This document shows, in pieces, positions 57,742 to 64,000 of a stretch of DNA of 64,000 bases. The first letter of the stretch is position 1, and each line of letters opens with the position of its first letter. Origin of the DNA: a virus. The DNA is taken from IMG/VR virus record IMGVR_UViG_3300032315_000748; one strand, written 5' to 3'. A program made the translations under genes and the position numbers. Under the pieces are notes generated by a model, which saw only the letters and a program-made list of their open reading frames with translations, ran no database searches and had not been told where the DNA came from.

Positions 57742-60700
57742 GTACTCTTCTTCTCAATAGTATAACTGGACTAACAACTAGTACCGAATTAACTGGTGTT
57801 AATCTAGATTTATATTTAAGAGAATATCCAAATCTAACTAAAGTTGGAATTGCAACCACTGCATCTTCTAACTATTTTGTGATGTTGAATGAGACTAATA
57901 TAGAATTAAGACAACCATATGTAAGTAATAATTTAATTTTTAATCCATATTTAACAAGACTTGGAATAGGAACAAATGATCCTCAAGCCACTTTGGATGT
58001 AAATGGAAGTATAAAATATAGTGGTCCATTTACAAATAGTGGAATTGCAACTTTTGCTGGACCAGTTTATTTTACAAGTGATGTATCATTTGATCGTTTC
58101 ACCGTAAATACAGCAACGATACTTAAAAGATTTAATATTGGTGTTGGTGGGACGATTCTAATAGGAATTGCTTCAACTGATCCAAGTGTTGTTGGAAGTG
58201 CCTCCACCTATTATGGAAATGTTGGTATAGGTTCCACAATTCCACAACAAAAATTAGATGTTGGTGGAAGTGTAAAGATAAGTAATGATATTTACGATTC
58301 TTTAAATGTTCCGGGTGTTGTTGGATCATTTTTAACTAAAGATTCTCAAGGAATTAAATGGACTACGGTTCAACCATCAATCACTCAAGGTATTTTTATC
58401 TATAATGATGAGACTTTAGTTGGAGTTCAATCATTTAGAGGATTGAACTTCAAAACTGGCCGTAGTTCTGGAGTTGGGACAGACCCAATACAAGCATATG
58501 TTGGTGCAGCAAATAGTACTATTGCTGATGTATATGTCTCTGATTATTGGGATTATGTAAATGGAACAAATAACATTTACAGAATGTCTAATGTTGGCAT
58601 TAATGTAAATAATCCATCAGTAGCATTAGATATTGCTGGAAGTGCTTCCATCACTCAAACTATGAGTGCTGCTTATGGTGAAATATCACAAACTCTAAAT
58701 GCTCAAGGTGCAGTTGTATTTTATTCCACATTAAACACAAAAGGAATTACAACACTTGAAGATAAATTAAATGTTACTGGAGATACTGTATTATCTTCTA
58801 CATTTAAAGTTGGTGCCGGTGGTACAGTTATTTCAACGACGGGGATTGGTTCTGTTGGTATTGGAACTACAAATCCATCAAGAGATATTGATTTAGCAAA
58901 AGATATTAGAATTCGTGAAGCAATATTTGATTCTAATAATAATGTTGGATATGTTACAAACTTTTATCAAAATCCAAGAGCAGTATTAACTACTGTTGGC
59001 ATTGGAAGTACTGGGCAAATCATAGGAGGAAGATTCTTTGATGCTGCAAATATGATTCGTTTGAATCTTGATTTTATTGCAAATGAAGCAATCGGATTTC
59101 TTACGAGTACTGATTATAAAAGTCCGGCATTTCAAGTTCCTGGTGTTGGTGGAGTTTCTACTTGCAGAAACGATATTAAACAAATTTTAAAGGCAATCAC
59201 TCTTGATATTACTAAAGGTGGGAATTCACAATCTGTAGGTGCTGGATTATCTTATTATAATGGACCATCACTCATTCATATTACCGGAAATGATGTAAAT
59301 GGTTATTCAATTAAAGATGCTACGATTGTTGCAATTACAACAGCGGTCCAACTTTCCAAATATGTTATCAATAATGCTTTATTGCCAAAATCATATCAAA
59401 GTGGTGTAAGTAGCATTCGTCAAATTCGTGATTTGACTCTCCAAGAAGATAATGGAAGTAATGTTAGTCCAACCGGATGTTCAAATGTAGTTTCCGCAAT
59501 TTATACTTGTGCTGGAATTGTAACTACTATTATTGGAGGAGGTCCAACTTCTGCGCCAAATATTACTTATCCCGACGGTAAAGTAATTTGGGCACCGGCA
59601 GGAGCAGATTCTAGAAACTCAATCTGGGTTACAAAATATGGAAACGATGATAATACCGGAAAAACAGAAGGAGATGCAAAATTAACAATTGGCGCAGCAG
59701 CAGCAATTGCAGAACCAGGAGACACTGTGATTATTCGTCCTGGTGTTTATTATGAAAATAATCCAATTGGATTGAGAACTGATGTCGCTATTAGCGGTCA
59801 AGATTTAAGACTTGTTACGGTTGTTCCTCAAAATTTAGGAAAAGATTTCTTCCACGTAAGAAGAGGGTGTTTGGTTGAAAATATGAATTTTTCTTGTGAT
59901 ACTGGACAATCCAATCCAGGTGGTGGAGCAGTTGCATTCCCACCAACCGATACATCCAAAATAGCAGTATCTGGTTATATTGCTCCTGGACCAGCAACAG
60001 AAGGTCCATCAGGAAGATGGAGATCTCCTTATATAAGAAATTGTACAAACTTTATGCCATTAAGTATTGGTATGAAGATTGATGGAAATAATGCAACTGC
60101 TTCTACGATTGGAGCAGATCTTAAATGTATGGTTTGCGATTCCTTTACTCAATATAATGAAGCAGGAATTGGTGTGTCAGTCACAAATAATGGATATGCC
60201 CAATTAGTTTCTATTTTTACTATCAACTGTGATATTGCAATCTATGCCTCAAGTGGAGGACAATGCGATTTAACTAACTCAAACTCATCATTTGGAAACT
60301 ATGGATTGGTTGCTGATGGTCTTGGTGCTTTGGAATTCACGGCAAATGTTGGTGTGGAATTTACTGGTGGTGGAGATACGATTGTCTTTAATGATGTAAA
60401 AGATACTTCTTTAAATTATCGTATTCCTTATGATGGTCAAGCACTTTGGTTCCAAATTCCAGTAAACGGAAATTATATTACAAGTCCAATGCAACAATTG
60501 GATAGTGTAACTGTACTGAATGGTGGTAGTGGTTATAGTGCAGCATCTCCACCAAGCATAACACTTGTTGATATTGGAAATGGTAATAGTCTTTCTCCAT
60601 TAGGACCAGAAGGAATTATTGCAGAAGTATCCCCAACTATAAATGATTCTGGTGCAATTACTGTAATTGATATTGTAAATAGTGGAAGAAATTACCTATC

Positions 60701-61166
60701 AACACAAACTTTAAGAATTGCTATTAATGGAGTAGTTCAAAGTACAAGTGATTATATTGCAAATATGTCTCCAATATATTATACAGTAAATACTGCAACA
60801 TCAACGAATACTGGAATTGCAACAGTTACATTTAATGAGTTTGTTCCATTTAATATTGGAATTGGAACAACAGTTAGAATGTATAGAATTAGTCGTATTC
60901 TTACTAGTGGTCATTCATTTGAATATATTGGTACTGGAACAGATATAAATACAGCAACACCCCAAAAGGGTGGTGTTCCAATTGCAGAAAATCAAGTTGT
61001 TGCTCGTAATGGTGCCCAAATACCATATACCAGCACCAATCAAAAAGGAGATTTTGAAATCGGAAAAGGAATTATTATAGATCAAACTACCAATACAATT
61101 CGTGGTAGAGATTTCAGTAGAGCGATACAAGCAGAAGTTACACCTTTAATTCTTGCGTTGAGATAA
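57738..61166 (+). CDS. Large tail-fibre-like structural protein
   Basis: VGIGT(T/N)P repeats, beta-helix region, SPYIRNCT, DSFTQYN, SGHSFEYIG. Confidence 0.7.
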   Translation: MSTLLLNSITGLTTSTELTGVNLDLYLREYPNLTKVGIATTASSNYFVMLNETNIELRQPYVSNNLIFNPYLTRLGIGTNDPQATLDVNGSIKYSGPFTNSGIATFAGPVYFTSDVSFDRFTVNTATILKRFNIGVGGTILIGIASTDPSVVGSASTYYGNVGIGSTIPQQKLDVGGSVKISNDIYDSLNVPGVVGSFLTKDSQGIKWTTVQPSITQGIFIYNDETLVGVQSFRGLNFKTGRSSGVGTDPIQAYVGAANSTIADVYVSDYWDYVNGTNNIYRMSNVGINVNNPSVALDIAGSASITQTMSAAYGEISQTLNAQGAVVFYSTLNTKGITTLEDKLNVTGDTVLSSTFKVGAGGTVISTTGIGSVGIGTTNPSRDIDLAKDIRIREAIFDSNNNVGYVTNFYQNPRAVLTTVGIGSTGQIIGGRFFDAANMIRLNLDFIANEAIGFLTSTDYKSPAFQVPGVGGVSTCRNDIKQILKAITLDITKGGNSQSVGAGLSYYNGPSLIHITGNDVNGYSIKDATIVAITTAVQLSKYVINNALLPKSYQSGVSSIRQIRDLTLQEDNGSNVSPTGCSNVVSAIYTCAGIVTTIIGGGPTSAPNITYPDGKVIWAPAGADSRNSIWVTKYGNDDNTGKTEGDAKLTIGAAAAIAEPGDTVIIRPGVYYENNPIGLRTDVAISGQDLRLVTVVPQNLGKDFFHVRRGCLVENMNFSCDTGQSNPGGGAVAFPPTDTSKIAVSGYIAPGPATEGPSGRWRSPYIRNCTNFMPLSIGMKIDGNNATASTIGADLKCMVCDSFTQYNEAGIGVSVTNNGYAQLVSIFTINCDIAIYASSGGQCDLTNSNSSFGNYGLVADGLGALEFTANVGVEFTGGGDTIVFNDVKDTSLNYRIPYDGQALWFQIPVNGNYITSPMQQLDSVTVLNGGSGYSAASPPSITLVDIGNGNSLSPLGPEGIIAEVSPTINDSGAITVIDIVNSGRNYLSTQTLRIAINGVVQSTSDYIANMSPIYYTVNTATSTNTGIATVTFNEFVPFNIGIGTTVRMYRISRILTSGHSFEYIGTGTDINTATPQKGGVPIAENQVVARNGAQIPYTSTNQKGDFEIGKGIIIDQTTNTIRGRDFSRAIQAEVTPLILALR
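58809..58880 (+). repeat. 72-bp direct repeat, copy 1 (copy 2 at 62321-62392)
   Basis: 68/72 identical by manual alignment. Confidence 0.9.
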
Positions 61167-61169
61167 GAA

Positions 61170-61832
61170 ATGGCAGTTGCACCACTTAATAAGTTCCTTA
61201 CCTTTGCGGTTCCAGTTGCACCAGGAGAGCAAGTAGTATATACAACTCCAGTGGGAGTATCGGCAATTTTGCTTTATGCCCAGGCATCAAATGTTGCTGG
61301 AATTACAACTTATCCAAGATTTACATTTACTCATCGCAGAACAACAATTAAAACTGGAAATGTAAGAAACAATAGAGTTATTAAAGGAGGAGCAATTTTA
61401 CCGAATGATAGTTTGATAATAATTGATGGCAGAATGGTATTAGAAAGAACTGCTTTAATTTCGGATTCAATTGTCATTTCTGGTACTCAATCAGGTATTG
61501 TTTCTGTTACTAACTGTAAATACGATAATACGACTGGCATTACGACAGTTACTACAATCAGTCCTCATAATTTTATTGTTGGGGACGAAATTACAATGAG
61601 TGGTCTTGGATTTACTTGTAGTGGAACTAGTGGAGTCACGACAACAATCTATCCATCACCACAAGCATCTTTTGTTGTGAGTGGAATTACTGGAAGCGTT
61701 GGGACATCCCTCACCTTTACTACAAATAGTGGTGTAATTGCAGGAATAGCACATACTTATGTGAGTGGGGGATTAGTTGCACCACTTCAAATGGAATTTG
61801 TTTGTAGTATTTTGGAAAATAGTACAGTATAA
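61170..61832 (+). CDS. Virion structural protein
   Basis: YTTPVG..AILL; YDNTTG...H.F..GD module; HTYVSGG. Confidence 0.6.
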   Translation: MAVAPLNKFLTFAVPVAPGEQVVYTTPVGVSAILLYAQASNVAGITTYPRFTFTHRRTTIKTGNVRNNRVIKGGAILPNDSLIIIDGRMVLERTALISDSIVISGTQSGIVSVTNCKYDNTTGITTVTTISPHNFIVGDEITMSGLGFTCSGTSGVTTTIYPSPQASFVVSGITGSVGTSLTFTTNSGVIAGIAHTYVSGGLVAPLQMEFVCSILENSTV

Positions 61833-61834
61833 TA

Positions 61835-64000
61835 ATGGCAAAGTATTTAAGCGGAAGAGTACAAAGAATTCCACAATCTGGATTAACTTCTGACAGATAC
61901 AGTTATCTTTCATTAGATCAAGCAGAACCAAATCTTGGCGATCCAATTGTTTCTGGGGAAATACTTCCTGTTGGAGTACAATATCAATCAGTATCTATTG
62001 TTGGATATCCCGGAAAAAGATATTGGGTTCCTGTTGGTGGTGGTTTAATTCCAGGTGCTATTAGTGTTTACAATGAAGGACTCCTAGTTCCACCTGGAGG
62101 AGTTAGTAGCATAACTCAGCTTAATTTTGTTGGTGCTGCGATTAGTGCTTCTGGGTATTTGGATTCTTATGGAAATCCAGGCACAATCTCAACAATTACT
62201 GTCTTTGCTCCAGGAAATAATAAAGAATTAATTTTTAATAGCAATAATGAGTTTTCCTCTTCAGTTGATTTAACCTATGATACTAACACCGGAATCCTAA
62301 CTGCAGGAAAACAATTGAATGTTGGCGTCGGTGGTACAGTTATTTCAACGACAGGGATTGGTTCTGTTGGTATTGGAACTACAAATCCAACAGCAAAACT
62401 TCATATTGTTGGAGATTTAAGACTAACTGGAACCATTTATGATTATGCAAATAATCCAGGAATAACTCAACAGATACTAGTCAAAAATGCACTTGGTTCA
62501 TTAGTATGGACCAGTCAAGGTTCAATTAAAGCAGGAGCTGGTGGAACTTACACTCAAATTCAGTATCACAATTCTGCTGGATTGGTTGATGGTGCTGTAA
62601 ATTTTGTATATGATCCAATCAATAATCGTGTTGGTATTGGAAGTACATTACCAACTTATCTTTTAGATGTTGCGGGTGATACTAGAATTACTGGAATTGC
62701 CACATTAAATAAACTTTATGTAACTGGAATTTCCACTTTTAGTTCTTCTGTAGATTCCACAAATGCAACATCTGGTGCATTAATTATATCTGGTGGAGTT
62801 GGAATTGCCAAAAACTTAAATGTAGGAACAGCAGTATCTGCAGTAAGTTTAACAGTAACAGGACAAACAACAACTCAAAATTTAAATGTTGTTGGTGTTT
62901 CTAGTCTATTTGATATTAATGGCACAAGTGCTAATTTTACTGGTATTATTACCGGATCTACATTCAAAGGGCAGATTAGTTCTGGTGTTGGCACAATTAC
63001 CACATTTAATTCTACAAATGGAACAATAACTGCTTTAACTGGAACAGCAGTTACTTATACGACTGGAAATATTACTACTTTAAATGGTTCTGATGTTTAT
63101 TATAATGCAGGTATTGTAACAACATTAACAAGTACAAATTCATCTCTTGCAAATATCATTTCATCTGGAATTAGTACTCTTGGAATTACAACGACGACTC
63201 AATTAACTGCTAGAAGTTTAAATGTTTCCGGAATTACAACAACTCAAACATTAAATGTTTCTAGTACTTCTACCTTTGGTGGTACTATCACACCATCGGC
63301 AACTACAACTTATAATATTGGGAGCATTAATTATAAGTGGAATAGTCTTTATGTTAGTACGATTGTTGCTGATACAATTACTGGAAATACAAATACTGCA
63401 ACAAGTGTGATAGGTGGTTATGCTGATATAACATCTTCATATGTTTCTGGAATTTCTACTACTCAATCTTTGATAGTTACAGGTAATAGTTCTTTAGGAA
63501 TTGCTACTGCCACTAGTTTATCATCACAATCTTTAAGTGTTGTTGGTGTTGTTACAGCAACTACATTTAAAGGTGCTTTGAATGGAAATGCTGATACGGC
63601 TACAAAGTTATCAACAGGTAGAACCATTGCCATTACAGGAGACTTGGCATACACAAGTCCATCATTTGATGGCACTACAAATGTAACTGCGATTGGTACT
63701 TTGGCAACTACTGGTGTTACTAGTACAACTTATGGTTCTACAACAACAATTCCACAGATTGCAGTTGATGCTAAAGGCAGAATTACTTCAGCATCCAGTG
63801 TTAGTGTTAATTTTACTGCTGCTACTGTTGCTCAAGCAGATAAATTAACCACAGGAAGAACTATTGCGATTACTGGTGATTTAACTTATACAAGTCCATC
63901 ATTTGATGGCACTACAAATGTAACTGCAACAGGCACATTAGCATCTACTGGTGTTTCTGCGAATACTTATGGTTCTACAACAACAATTCCACAGATTGCA
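61835..64000 (+). CDS. Tail fibre protein (3' truncated by window edge)
   Basis: MAKYLSGRVQRIPQ...; frame appears open to window end; Thr/Gly/Ser-rich, VGIGT repeats. Confidence 0.75.
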   Translation, partial: MAKYLSGRVQRIPQSGLTSDRYSYLSLDQAEPNLGDPIVSGEILPVGVQYQSVSIVGYPGKRYWVPVGGGLIPGAISVYNEGLLVPPGGVSSITQLNFVGAAISASGYLDSYGNPGTISTITVFAPGNNKELIFNSNNEFSSSVDLTYDTNTGILTAGKQLNVGVGGTVISTTGIGSVGIGTTNPTAKLHIVGDLRLTGTIYDYANNPGITQQILVKNALGSLVWTSQGSIKAGAGGTYTQIQYHNSAGLVDGAVNFVYDPINNRVGIGSTLPTYLLDVAGDTRITGIATLNKLYVTGISTFSSSVDSTNATSGALIISGGVGIAKNLNVGTAVSAVSLTVTGQTTTQNLNVVGVSSLFDINGTSANFTGIITGSTFKGQISSGVGTITTFNSTNGTITALTGTAVTYTTGNITTLNGSDVYYNAGIVTTLTSTNSSLANIISSGISTLGITTTTQLTARSLNVSGITTTQTLNVSSTSTFGGTITPSATTTYNIGSINYKWNSLYVSTIVADTITGNTNTATSVIGGYADITSSYVSGISTTQSLIVTGNSSLGIATATSLSSQSLSVVGVVTATTFKGALNGNADTATKLSTGRTIAITGDLAYTSPSFDGTTNVTAIGTLATTGVTSTTYGSTTTIPQIAVDAKGRITSASSVSVNFTAATVAQADKLTTGRTIAITGDLTYTSPSFDGTTNVTATGTLASTGVSANTYGSTTTIPQIA
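63603..64000 (+). repeat. ~237-bp (79-aa) tandem repeat in tail fibre
   Basis: ACAAGTCCATCATTTGATGGCACTACAAATGTAACTGC and TATGGTTCTACAACAACAATTCCACAGATTGCA each occur twice. Confidence 0.9.

Noticed and set aside
58809-62392. Diversity-generating retroelement TR/VR pair
   Set aside because: No reverse transcriptase in the window; repeat is internal and the mismatches are not adenine-specific
1-64000. Stop-codon reassignment or host-chromosome origin
   Set aside because: Core genes are full length in code 11 and use all three stops; T4 core synteny and late promoters indicate a phage genome

Overview
A 64-kb, AT-rich segment of a T4-like cyanophage (cyanomyovirus). The host is probably a Synechococcus/Cyanobium-type picocyanobacterium, possibly freshwater; host and habitat are inference. 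From left to right: nrdA/nrdB; two modular Glu/Lys-rich probable head-internal proteins; a cell-envelope/lysis region (C39-like peptidase, GH24 lysozyme, holin candidate, SNase nuclease, a Pro-rich membrane protein, a reverse-strand trio of signal-peptide proteins, RlpA); an SLH porin, Dps and three tRNAs; an ~11-kb sugar-nucleotide/glycosyltransferase island; two hli genes; psbA with a downstream EndoVII-type homing endonuclease; speD, glutaredoxin, thyX, phoH; T4 core genes gp33/59/32/53/48/2/4/54/26/51/hub/gp5 with cp12; and tail-fibre-like genes running off the end. The best candidate for an undescribed system is 8849-11671: two paralogous secreted beta-rich proteins, a protein with a TolC-like beta-hairpin/helix signature and a Pro-rich membrane-anchored protein, which together may form a phage-encoded envelope channel or fibre. 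Other notable signals are a candidate -1 frameshift fusing gp26 to gp51, a structured RNA leader on rlpA, a duplicated psbA leader, a locally recoded psbA 3' end and an atypical long-variable-arm UAU tRNA. All calls come from motif recognition by eye; no database searches were run.
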